From Gaiellaceae bacterium (GTDB lineage: Bacteria; Actinomycetota; Thermoleophilia; Gaiellales; Gaiellaceae), in assembly GCA_036259875.1 (NCBI GenBank), contig DATAAZ010000024.1, positions 7,997 through 71,996 of the forward strand: a stretch of 64,000 bases of DNA, written 5' to 3'. A program made the position numbers and the translations under genes. Shown here piece after piece: positions 52,200 through 60,775 of this stretch. Numbering within the stretch: position 1 is the stretch's first letter; every line of letters starts with the position of its first letter. Under the pieces are notes generated by a model. It had not been told where the DNA came from. It searched no databases and saw nothing but the letters and a program-made list of their open reading frames with translations.

Positions 52200-52894
52200 G
52201 AGGCGATCGCCTCCCGCTGGGCCTGCGCGAGCTCGTCGATTCCCCGACGGGCGAGCGTGACGAGCTCGCCGAGCAGCTCCGTGCTGAACGGTTTGCGCTC
52301 CGCGGTTGCCTGGATATCGACGACGTCGCCGGCAGCGGTCATCACGACGTTCATGTCGACGTCGGCGGACGAGTCCTCGTCGTAGTCGAGGTCGAGGAGA
52401 GCTTCGCCCTCGACGATCCCGAGCGAGACCGCCGCGACCTGCTCGTCCGGATCCGGCAAGCCCCGCCGCTGCGCCGCGAGGGCGAGCGCGATCCACGCGC
52501 CGGTCACCGCCGCCGTCCGCGTCCCGCCGTCGGCCTGGATGACGTCACAGTCGAGCCAGACGGTCCGCTCGCCGAGCCGGCGAAGCTCGTATGCGACGCG
52601 GAGCGCGCGTCCGATTAGCCGCTGGATCTCGACCGTCCGGCCCTTCTGGCGCCCCTCGCTCGCCTCGCGGCGGATCCGCGTGCCGCCCGAGGCGGGGAGC
52701 ATCCCGTACTCCGCGGTCAGCCAGCCCTGCCCGCGCCCCTCGAGCCAGCGCGGGACGCCGTCCTCGACCGTCGCCGTGCAGAGGACGCGCGTCCGCCCGA
52801 CCGAAATGAGCGCCGAGCCGTGCGCCTGCTCGACGAACCCAGGGAGGATCTCGACCTGCCGGAGCTCGTCCGGGCGCCGGCCCGTTCGCGTCAC
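52190..52894 (-). CDS. rph: ribonuclease PH
   Basis: GTG 52894 overlaps the murI stop (GTGA); 234 aa. GRRPDELRQV, GWLTAEYGMLP and DCDVIQADGGTRTA are present. Confidence 0.93.
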   Translation of the reverse strand: MTRTGRRPDELRQVEILPGFVEQAHGSALISVGRTRVLCTATVEDGVPRWLEGRGQGWLTAEYGMLPASGGTRIRREASEGRQKGRTVEIQRLIGRALRVAYELRRLGERTVWLDCDVIQADGGTRTAAVTGAWIALALAAQRRGLPDPDEQVAAVSLGIVEGEALLDLDYDEDSSADVDMNVVMTAAGDVVDIQATAERKPFSTELLGELVTLARRGIDELAQAQREAIASST

Positions 52895-53712
52895 GCGACT
52901 TCCGCGAGCCGTAGGGCCGTCGCCGACACCCGCTCGACGCGCGCGATCGGGAGCTGGAGGAACCGCTCGCCGAGCGCGGCGAACTCCTCGGGCGAGCCGG
53001 TCGTGAGGAACGTGCAGCTCCCGTCCCGGCCGGGAGCGTTCTCGATCCGCTTTCGCTGGAGCGTCTCCGCGACCTCGCACGCCGTCTCGTCGGCCGACGT
53101 CACGATCGTCGTCCCGCGGCCGAAGACCCGCTCGAAGACGGGCCGCACGAGCGGGTAGTGCGTGCACCCGAGGACGACCGTGTCGACCTCGGCTTGCTTC
53201 AGAGGTGCCGCGTAGGCGCGAATCGCCTCGACGAGGTCGCCGTTCGGGCCGCCCGCCTCGATCAGCGGGACGAGGCGCGGGCACGCGACGGAGATGACGG
53301 CGGCGCCCGCGTCGAGCGTGCGGATCAGCTCCGCGTAGCGGCCGCTTCGCACGGTCGCTTCGGTCGCGAGGACGCCGATCCGGCGATTCCGCGTCGCCTG
53401 GACGGCGGCATGCGCCTCGGGCGCGAGGACGCCGAGTACGGGAACCGCGAGTTGCTCCTGAAGGAGCGGCAGGGCGGCGGAGGTCGCGGCGTTGCACGCG
53501 GCAACGATCACCTTCACGCCCGCGCGCTCGAGGTACGCCGCGATCTCGAGAGCGAAGCGGCGAATCTCGTCCGCCGGCCGTGGGCCGTACGGGCAGCGGG
53601 CGCCGTCGCCGAGGTAGAGGAAGTCCTCGTTCGGCAGCGTGACGAGGCACTCGTGCAGAACCGTGAGGCCGCCCGCGCCGGAGTCGAAGATCCCGATCGG
53701 CCGCTCGTCCAC
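52891..53712 (-). CDS. murI: glutamate racemase
   Basis: GTG 53712 gives 273 aa. IGIFDSGAGGLTV, VIVAACNAATS and VLGCTHYP are MurI motifs. Confidence 0.92.
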   Translation of the reverse strand: MDERPIGIFDSGAGGLTVLHECLVTLPNEDFLYLGDGARCPYGPRPADEIRRFALEIAAYLERAGVKVIVAACNAATSAALPLLQEQLAVPVLGVLAPEAHAAVQATRNRRIGVLATEATVRSGRYAELIRTLDAGAAVISVACPRLVPLIEAGGPNGDLVEAIRAYAAPLKQAEVDTVVLGCTHYPLVRPVFERVFGRGTTIVTSADETACEVAETLQRKRIENAPGRDGSCTFLTTGSPEEFAALGERFLQLPIARVERVSATALRLAEVA

Positions 53713-53720
53713 CCGCGCCG

Positions 53721-53726
53721 ATTGTA
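53721..53726 (-). promoter_or_regulatory. candidate -10 hexamer (TACAAT) 8 nt upstream of the murI GTG
   Basis: The minus strand reads TACAAT-cggcgcgg-GTG. Confidence 0.4.
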
Positions 53727-53924
53727 CGAGGGGCCCAGGATCGCGAGCTGCGCGGCGGCCGGTGCCCCCGTGCGGGCAACGCTCAGTGCCCCGGCCCGCG
53801 ACGGCGCGGCGCCGGAGCCGTCCCGCGCGCCCGCCAAGGCGCCTAACTCGTTGCCTGCGGGCGAGTCCGGGCTCTGGCTTGGTCGTGGCGAGCCAACACT
53901 CGGCGGCACTACCCGCCGGCGCAC

Positions 53925-53930
53925 TAGCGT
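53925..53930 (+). promoter_or_regulatory. candidate -10 hexamer (TAGCGT) 6 nt upstream of the pabB GTG
   Basis: TAGCGT-acggcc-GTG fits TANNNT. Confidence 0.4.
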
Positions 53931-53936
53931 ACGGCC

Positions 53937-54998
53937 GTGCTCGAGGTCTGGGACGCCAACGATCCGATCGGCGCGGTCGAGGCCTACCTCCGCGAGACCG
54001 GCTTCCTCGGCGGCCGGCCCGACGCCGTCGCGGATCTCTACCTCGGGTACCGGATCTCGGACCGCCTCCGCCGCGGCGCCCAGCCCCCGCCACCCGAGCC
54101 CTGCCCTCTCCCGCTGGCCGCCTGCCGGATCCGGCCGGCGGAGGAGCCCTCCACTCCCGGCGGGCCGTTCCGCGTCGGGCGCTGGGAGCGCACGTGGGAA
54201 GACCCCGGCTACGCGGCCGCGATCGGTGCCGTGCGCGCCGCAATCGGGCGCGGCGACGTCTACCAGGTCAACCTCGTTCAGCACCTGAGTGCCGAGTTCG
54301 CGGGCGATCCGGCCGGGCTCGTGGAGGCACTCGCCCCGCTTGCCCCGCTCCACCCACGCGCGCTCGCCGGCGAGGGGTGGGCGATCGTATCTGCGTCGCC
54401 CGAGCTGTTCCTCGCCCGGCGCGGCCGACGCGTGTGGACGATGCCGATCAAGGGAACCCGGCCGCTCGGCGACGGCACCGACCTCCGCGAGGCGGAGAAG
54501 GACGCGGCCGAGCACGTCATGATCGTCGACCTCGAGCGAAACGACCTCTCGCGCGTCTGCGAGCCCGGCTCCGTCCGCTGGCCCGAGCTGATGGCCGAGC
54601 GCGCGCTCGCGGGGGTCGTCCACCTCGTCTCGACGGTTGAGGGCCGGCTCCGCGCGGGGGTCGGCCTCGCGGAGCTCCTTTGGGCCGTATTCCCCGGCGG
54701 CTCCGTCACCGGCGCACCGAAGATCTCCGCGCTCGACCACATCGCGGTACTCGAGCCGGTCGGCCGCGGCGCCTCGATGGGCGCGCTCGGGACGATCCGG
54801 CCGAACGGCGACCTCGACCTCGCGCTGACCATCCGGACGTTCGCGGTCGCCGACGGTCGAATCCACCTCTGGGTCGGCGGCGGAATCGTCTGGGATTCGG
54901 ACCCGCGCGCCGAGATCGAGGAGTCGTGGGTGAAGGCGCGGCCGCTCCTCGCCGCGCTCGAAGCGCGCGTCGCCGCGAGCCCGCCGGTGCCAGCGTGA
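53937..54998 (+). CDS. pabB: aminodeoxychorismate synthase component I (chorismate-binding enzyme)
   Basis: 353 aa, with GDVYQVNL, SASPELF, PIKGTRP, VDLERNDL and FPGGSVTGAPK. Confidence 0.85.
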   Translation: MLEVWDANDPIGAVEAYLRETGFLGGRPDAVADLYLGYRISDRLRRGAQPPPPEPCPLPLAACRIRPAEEPSTPGGPFRVGRWERTWEDPGYAAAIGAVRAAIGRGDVYQVNLVQHLSAEFAGDPAGLVEALAPLAPLHPRALAGEGWAIVSASPELFLARRGRRVWTMPIKGTRPLGDGTDLREAEKDAAEHVMIVDLERNDLSRVCEPGSVRWPELMAERALAGVVHLVSTVEGRLRAGVGLAELLWAVFPGGSVTGAPKISALDHIAVLEPVGRGASMGALGTIRPNGDLDLALTIRTFAVADGRIHLWVGGGIVWDSDPRAEIEESWVKARPLLAALEARVAASPPVPA

Positions 54999-55855
54999 GC
55001 CTCCTCGCGGTCGCCGTCCGCGGGCGCGGCGTCGTCGATCCCCACGAGCCCGTCCTGCACGCGGATGACGAGGCGCTCCTTCGCGGCCGCGCCGCGTTCG
55101 AGACGACACGCGTCTACGAGGGGCGCCCGTTCAAGTTCGCCGACCACCTCGCTCGCCTCGCCGGGTCGGCGGCCCGGATCGGCCTTCCCCCCGTCGATTT
55201 GGACGCGTGCGAGGAACTCGCCGAGTCCGCGCTCGCAGCCGCCCGGGCCGCCGAGGCGGTGCTGCGGATCTACTGGACAGCCGGGCGCGAAGGAACCGGG
55301 GAGCCGAGCGCGCTCGCGATCGTCTCGCCCGTCCCACCCGAACTCGAGGAGCGCCGCGCGAGGGGGATCCGAATCGTCTCGCTTCCGCTCGGTCTCGACG
55401 CGAACGCCCGCGTCGGCTCACCCTGGCTCCTCGGCGGCGTGAAGTCGACGAGCTACGCCGTCAACATGGCCGCCGAGGAGGAGGCGCGCCGGCGCGGCGC
55501 CGATGACGCCGTCTTCGTCGCGAGCGACGGGACCGTTCTCGAGGGGCCGGTGACGAACGTCTGGTGGCGGCGCGAGCGCGCGCTCTACACGCCCGCCCTC
55601 GAGCTCGGGATTCTCGCCGGCGTAACGCGCGCGACCCTGCTCGAGGAGGCGGCGGCGTGCGGCTACCGGGTACGTGAGGGCGCCTTTCCGCTCGGGCATC
55701 TGACGGCGAGCGAGGAGGCGTTCACTTCGTCGTCCGTCCGCGAGGTCATGCCCGTCGTCGAACTCGATGGCGAGCCGCTCGGAGGCGGAACGCCCGGTTC
55801 CGCCGCTCGCGAGCTGCAATCGGCGCTCCGGGCGCGGGCGGCCGGCCACAAGTAG
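54995..55855 (+). CDS. pabC: aminodeoxychorismate lyase / class IV aminotransferase
   Basis: GTG 54995 overlaps the pabB stop (GTGA); 286 aa. FETTRVYEGRPFKFADHLARL, VKSTSY and GILAGVTR are fold-type IV motifs. Confidence 0.82.
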   Translation: MSLLAVAVRGRGVVDPHEPVLHADDEALLRGRAAFETTRVYEGRPFKFADHLARLAGSAARIGLPPVDLDACEELAESALAAARAAEAVLRIYWTAGREGTGEPSALAIVSPVPPELEERRARGIRIVSLPLGLDANARVGSPWLLGGVKSTSYAVNMAAEEEARRRGADDAVFVASDGTVLEGPVTNVWWRRERALYTPALELGILAGVTRATLLEEAAACGYRVREGAFPLGHLTASEEAFTSSSVREVMPVVELDGEPLGGGTPGSAARELQSALRARAAGHK

Positions 55856-55972
55856 CCTAGAGGCCGTGTCGAAGATGACGTCCAGCGTCTCGACGGGTCG
55901 GTTCAGCTGGACGGCCGGGGAAGGGCCGCCCGTCCAGACGCTCCGCGCCGCCGAGGCCGCGCCTTAGGAAAC

Positions 55973-56707
55973 ATGCGGATCCTCTCGATCATCCACGGCG
56001 AGAACGCGCGCTCGGCGATCTTCGGAGAGGCGGCGCGGGCGGCGAGGCACGAGCTCGACGAGCGAAGCTACGCGTTCGGCGAGCCGCCCCGCGACCCGGA
56101 GCGCTACGACGCCGTCATGGTCTTCGGCGGCGTCATGAACGTCCACGAGATCGACGGGCACCCGTGGCTCGGCGACGAGCAGCGCGCGCTCGCGCGGATT
56201 CTCGAGGCACGTGTGCCGGTCCTCGGCGTCTGCCTGGGGGGTCAGCTCCTCGCTTCCGTCGCCGGCGGTCGCGTGAGCCGCGCGCCGGTCCCGGAGATCG
56301 GCTGGACGCAAGTGGAGACGACGCCCGAGGCGGTCGACGACCCGCTCTTCGCCGACCTGCCCCAGCGGTTCGAGGCCTACCAGTGGCACAGCTACCAGTT
56401 CGACCTGCCGCCGGACGCGACGCTCCTCGCGACGAACGCCGTCTGCGCGCAGGCCTTCCGGGTCGCCGACTTCGCGTGGGGAATCCAGTTCCATGCCGAG
56501 GTCACCCGCGAGATTGCGGATTCGTGGATCGGCCACTACGGCACCGACCCGGACGCCGTTCGCGTCGGGCTCGACCCCGTACGCGAGCGCCTTCGCCTCG
56601 AAGAGCGGATCGACCGCTGGAACGAGATCGGTAGGACGCTCGTCGGCGGGTTCCTCGCCGCCGCCGAGCAGCGCGCGGGCGTCGGCGCGCAGCGCGCGAG
56701 CGCGTGA
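55973..56707 (+). CDS. type 1 glutamine amidotransferase
   Basis: 244 aa. GVCLGGQLL carries the nucleophile Cys, and WGIQFHAE is the His/Glu region. Confidence 0.82.
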   Translation: MRILSIIHGENARSAIFGEAARAARHELDERSYAFGEPPRDPERYDAVMVFGGVMNVHEIDGHPWLGDEQRALARILEARVPVLGVCLGGQLLASVAGGRVSRAPVPEIGWTQVETTPEAVDDPLFADLPQRFEAYQWHSYQFDLPPDATLLATNAVCAQAFRVADFAWGIQFHAEVTREIADSWIGHYGTDPDAVRVGLDPVRERLRLEERIDRWNEIGRTLVGGFLAAAEQRAGVGAQRASA

Positions 56708-58080
56708 ACCCGAGGCTCGCCCGACCGCCCGGCGACTTCCGCGCCGTCGCCGTCGGGAGGCTCGCGGACTCGCACACCCAGGCGGCGCTCGACGCCGCCA
56801 CGGCGCGGCTGCTCGCGCACCGGACGGAGGCGTGGGAGGCGCTCGGCGACGTCGAGGCGCTCCGGGAGCGCGCCCGCGAGATCCGCACCCGGACGATCGC
56901 CGAGCTCGACCGCCATCTCGCCGACTTCGAGCGCGCCGTCCGGGCGCGCGGCGGGCACGTGCACCGCTGCACGACGGGCGACGAGGCGCGCGACGTGGTG
57001 GTGGAGATCGCCCGGCGAACGGGCGCCCGAACGGCCGCGAAGTCGAAGTCGATGGTGACCGAGGAGCTCGCTCTGAACGACGCGCTCGAGGCGGCGGACG
57101 TCCAGGTGGTCGAGACGGATCTCGGCGAGTACATCCTTCAGCTCGCGGGCGAGCACCCCGTCCACATCGTGGCCCCCGCGATCGAAAAGACGCGCGAGGA
57201 GATCGCGGCCCTCTTTTCGCAGGTGGAGGGCGCGCCGGTTTCGCCGGAGCTCGTCGATCTCGCGCGGACCGCCCGGCGCCAGCTGCGCGAGGCGTTTGGA
57301 ACCGCCGACCTCGGGATCACGGGGGCGAACTTCGCCGTTGCCGAGACCGGCTCCGTCTGCCTCGTCACGAACGAGGGGAACGGGCGCCTCGTGAGCTCGC
57401 TCCCGCGCGTGCATGTCGCGGTCATGGGCATGGAGCGCGTCGTCCCGACGCTCGCCGAGCTCGTCGTGCTGCTCAAGCTGCTCGCGCGGAGCGCGACCGG
57501 TCAGAAGCTGACGAGCTACACGACCCTGGTCACGGGCCCGCGCCGCGACGGCGAGCAGGACGGTCCTGACGAGCTCCACGTTGTCATTTTAGATAACGGG
57601 CGGACGGACATCCGCTCGGGGCGCTACCGCGAGATGCTGAATTGCATCCGCTGCGGCGCTTGCATCAACGTCTGCCCCGTCTACCGCAAGGCGGGCGGCG
57701 CCGCGTACGGCCCCGTTTACTCCGGCCCGATGGGCGCCGTGCTGGCGCCGCTCCTCGCCGGCCTCGAGCGGGCTCCCGACCTCCCGCACGCCTCCTCGCT
57801 CTGCGGCGCCTGCACGGCCGCCTGCCCCGTGAAGATCCCGCTCCACGAGCTCCTCCTCGAGCTGCGCCGAGACCGTGTCGAGGAGCGGATCGCCCCCTTC
57901 CCCGAGCGCGTCGCGTTCACACTCTGGTCGCTCGCCTGGTCGCGTCCGCTGTTCTACCGTGTCTCGACCGGGCTCGCCCGCCTCGGCCGTCCGTTCGGCG
58001 GCCTTCTCGGGCCCGGCCGCGCATGGGCGGCCGGCCGCGCGCTGCCCCCACTCGCCCGGCGTCGCTACCGGAGCCGGTGA
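56704..58080 (+). CDS. lutB: LutB/LldF family lactate-utilisation iron-sulfur protein
   Basis: 458 aa; GTG 56704 overlaps the upstream stop. ETDLGEYILQL and ETGSVCLVTNEGNGR are present, with two ferredoxin-type Cys clusters (CIRCGACINVCP; CGACTAACP). Confidence 0.88.
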   Translation: MNPRLARPPGDFRAVAVGRLADSHTQAALDAATARLLAHRTEAWEALGDVEALRERAREIRTRTIAELDRHLADFERAVRARGGHVHRCTTGDEARDVVVEIARRTGARTAAKSKSMVTEELALNDALEAADVQVVETDLGEYILQLAGEHPVHIVAPAIEKTREEIAALFSQVEGAPVSPELVDLARTARRQLREAFGTADLGITGANFAVAETGSVCLVTNEGNGRLVSSLPRVHVAVMGMERVVPTLAELVVLLKLLARSATGQKLTSYTTLVTGPRRDGEQDGPDELHVVILDNGRTDIRSGRYREMLNCIRCGACINVCPVYRKAGGAAYGPVYSGPMGAVLAPLLAGLERAPDLPHASSLCGACTAACPVKIPLHELLLELRRDRVEERIAPFPERVAFTLWSLAWSRPLFYRVSTGLARLGRPFGGLLGPGRAWAAGRALPPLARRRYRSR

Positions 58081-58457
58081 GCGAGCTCGTCGAGACGTTC
58101 GCCCGCAACGCCGAGGTTGCGGGGTTCACCGTCCATCGCGGCGACGTCCCGCAAATCGAGGGCGCCGAGGTCTCCGAGGCCTCGTACGGGCTCGCCGACA
58201 CGGGGAGCGTCGTCCTCGCCGCCTCGCCCCGCGAGCCCCGGGCGCGCTCGCTCCTTCCCGACGTCCATGTCTCCCTCCTCCGGGAGGATCGCATCCTCCC
58301 CGGGCTCGAGGCGCTCTTCGAGACGCTCGGCGGCAACCTCCCGAGCGCGCTCGCGATCGTGAGCGGCCCGAGCCGGAGCGCCGACATCGAGCAGCGGCTC
58401 GTCGTCGGCGTCCACGGGCCGGGCGAGGTGCACGTGGTGCTCGTGGGCGCCGCCTAG
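58077..58457 (+). CDS. lutC: LUD-domain protein (short LutC-like)
   Basis: GTG 58077 overlaps the lutB stop; 126 aa. GLADTGSVVL and IVSGPSRSADIE are LutC/LUD motifs. Confidence 0.7.
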   Translation: MSELVETFARNAEVAGFTVHRGDVPQIEGAEVSEASYGLADTGSVVLAASPREPRARSLLPDVHVSLLREDRILPGLEALFETLGGNLPSALAIVSGPSRSADIEQRLVVGVHGPGEVHVVLVGAA

Positions 58458-58461
58458 CTCG

Positions 58462-58863
58462 CTAGGCCCGCCGCTGGCCCGCCGCGAGGGAGCCGAGCAC
58501 GACGCCGGCCACGACGAGCTGCGCCCACGCCGGGACGCCGCCGGCGCGGTGCCACCCGCGGAAGCGATGGCTGGGAAAGAGCTTCCGGCCGCCCGGCCTC
58601 GGGAGCCGGATACGGTGCTCTGCGTCGGGAGCCGCCGCGGCGGCGGCGCCGAGCGTCGCGGGGTCGAAGACGCCGCGCCGGACGGCGAGAAGCGCGAGCG
58701 CCCCGACGCCCGAGAGAAGCTCGAAGTGAAACGACGGGATGTCCTCGTGGGGCATCAAGTCGCCGAGCACGTGGACGACCGGGCCCACGGCGAGCGCGAG
58801 CGGCCGCGACCCGACCAGTGCTCCCGCGGCCCCCCCGGACGCGACGTGCAGCGTGACGATCAC
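58462..58863 (-). CDS. hypothetical membrane protein (133 aa)
   Basis: GTG 58863 overlaps the upstream stop. It has three to four hydrophobic segments and HVLGDLMPHED. Family uncertain. Confidence 0.55.
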   Translation of the reverse strand: MIVTLHVASGGAAGALVGSRPLALAVGPVVHVLGDLMPHEDIPSFHFELLSGVGALALLAVRRGVFDPATLGAAAAAAPDAEHRIRLPRPGGRKLFPSHRFRGWHRAGGVPAWAQLVVAGVVLGSLAAGQRRA

Positions 58864-59573
58864 GGCACCGCTTCGGCGAGGAACGAGACGAGCGCTGCGT
58901 TCAACTGATCCGGCCGCTCGAGCGGCGGCAAGTGGCCAGCGCCCGGGATCCGAACGAGCCGAGCGTGCGGAAGCGCGCGCGCCAGAGCCTCGGCCTCGGC
59001 GACGGGGATGAGCGCGTCGTCGTCGCCCGCGACAACGAGCGCCGGCACGTCGATCTCGCCGAGGAGCGGGGTCGCGTCCGCGCGATCGCGCATCGCCGCG
59101 AGCGCCGCGGCGAGGCGCTCCGATCCCTGCTCGAGCGCGATCTCGCGGGCCCGCGCGACCGTCTCCGGCGGCGGCGCCGGGCCGAAGAGCTTCGGCGCGA
59201 GCCGCTCCCAGAGCGCCGCGGCGCCGATGTCGCGGACGAGGTCGATGTTCTCGTCGCGCGCCCGCCGTCCCTCCTCGGTGTCCGGCCGAGCGCGGGTGTC
59301 GACCAGGGCGAGCGCGACGATGCGATCGCGGGCGCGGCGCCAGAGCTCGAACGAGACGTAGCCGCCCATCGAGACGCCGACGGGAACGAGCGCGCCCTCG
59401 ACGCTCCGGAGGACGTGGTCAGCCCAGGCCGCGAGCGACGGCTCCGCCTCCGGCCCCGGAAGGTCGGGCGCCACGACCGGCCAGCCGGCCTCCTCGAGCG
59501 CGCGCTTCGTCTCCGACCACATGCGGCAGTCGAGCGGGAAAGCATGCAGGAGCAAAATCCGCGGGCGGGACAA
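58860..59573 (-). CDS. alpha/beta hydrolase
   Basis: 237 aa from TTG 59573. ILLLHAFPLD, the nucleophile elbow GVSMGG and the C-terminal GAGHLPPLERP are present. Confidence 0.82.
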   Translation of the reverse strand: MSRPRILLLHAFPLDCRMWSETKRALEEAGWPVVAPDLPGPEAEPSLAAWADHVLRSVEGALVPVGVSMGGYVSFELWRRARDRIVALALVDTRARPDTEEGRRARDENIDLVRDIGAAALWERLAPKLFGPAPPPETVARAREIALEQGSERLAAALAAMRDRADATPLLGEIDVPALVVAGDDDALIPVAEAEALARALPHARLVRIPGAGHLPPLERPDQLNAALVSFLAEAVP

Positions 59574-59575
59574 CG

Positions 59576-60775
59576 GTGCGAAGACGGTACCCGAGCGTCG
59601 GAAGCGAACTGCGGGCTGCGTGGAGGCGCGCGCGGGTGCGCCCGTTGCGGCTGATCGCGCTCACGTACGTCGCGGTCGGCGTCCTGGCGGCGATCCTCTT
59701 CCGCTCGACGATCGCCGCGCAGGCGGATGCGGTCGTCGTCCTCTCCGCGGTTCTCGAGACCCCCGTCCTCACCTGGGTCGTCGAGCGGGTGACGGACGAG
59801 CCGCGAATCGAAGATGCCGTCGTCGCCGGCGTTCCGGCCGCCGTCGTCCGGCCGGGCGGGTCCGGGCCGTGGCCCGTCATCGTGTTCGTGAACGGCGTGA
59901 CTCCGCGCGGGCGCGGCCACCCCGACGTGCGGGCGCTCGCGCGCGGGCTCGCGCGCGCCGGCTACCTCGTCGTCGTTCCCGACCCGCCCGGGCTTGCGGA
60001 CGGCGAGATCACGGTGCGAACGCTCGCGGCAACCACCGCTGTCGCCAACGAGGCGACGGCCCTCTCGGGCGCGCGCGAGGGCCGCGTCGGATTCCTCGGC
60101 GTCTCGGTGGGCGGCTCGCTCGCACTCGTCGCGGCCGCCGACCCCCGGCTCGCCGGGCGCGTCACCGTCGTCGCCGCGATCGCGCCGTACGCGGGCCTCA
60201 CCGACGTCTTCCGGCTCGCGACGATCGGCTCGTACGCCGCGGACGGTCGCCTCGTTCGCTACGACTCGGCCGGCTACCTGACGCTGGTCGCCGCCCGCTC
60301 GCTCGTCGCGTCGCTCGCGTCTGCGAGGGAGCGCCACGAGCTCCTCGCCGCGCTTCCGACGACCGACGAGGTGGGCGAGAACCCGCCCGATCCGCTCGCG
60401 GGCCTGCGGGGCCGTCCCCGCCGCGGTCTCTCGCCGCACGCGCGGGCCGTACTCGCGCTTCTGCTGAACCGTGACCCCGCCCGCTTCGACGAGCTCTACG
60501 CGGCGCTCCCGCCCGAGGTCCGCACCGCCAACGCGCGCCTGTCGCCACGGACGACCGCGGCCCGGCTGCGCGCCCCCGTCGAGCTCGCCTCGGCGCCGGA
60601 GGACAAGTACTTCCCGCTCGCGGCGTCCGAGGAGCTCGCCCGGCTGGTCGGCGACGCCCGCGTGACCGTGACCACGACGCTCGAGCACGCCGTCCCCGAC
60701 GCGTCGCTCGCCGGGATCGCCGACCTCGCCCGCTTCGACGCGTTCGCGGTGCGCGTGCTGGAGCGAGCCGACTAG
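59576..60775 (+). CDS. membrane-anchored alpha/beta hydrolase-fold protein
   Basis: 399 aa from GTG 59576. An N-terminal TM segment is followed by PVIVFVNG and the nucleophile elbow GVSVGGS. Confidence 0.7.
   Translation: MRRRYPSVGSELRAAWRRARVRPLRLIALTYVAVGVLAAILFRSTIAAQADAVVVLSAVLETPVLTWVVERVTDEPRIEDAVVAGVPAAVVRPGGSGPWPVIVFVNGVTPRGRGHPDVRALARGLARAGYLVVVPDPPGLADGEITVRTLAATTAVANEATALSGAREGRVGFLGVSVGGSLALVAAADPRLAGRVTVVAAIAPYAGLTDVFRLATIGSYAADGRLVRYDSAGYLTLVAARSLVASLASARERHELLAALPTTDEVGENPPDPLAGLRGRPRRGLSPHARAVLALLLNRDPARFDELYAALPPEVRTANARLSPRTTAARLRAPVELASAPEDKYFPLAASEELARLVGDARVTVTTTLEHAVPDASLAGIADLARFDAFAVRVLERAD

Noticed and set aside
53713-53936. Folate-type riboswitch or small gene in the 224-nt murI/pabB divergent spacer
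   Set aside because: Only weak stems were found, with no ORF of coding-like composition. The pabB start has a leaderless-type TAGCGT-N6-GTG, which leaves no leader for a riboswitch.
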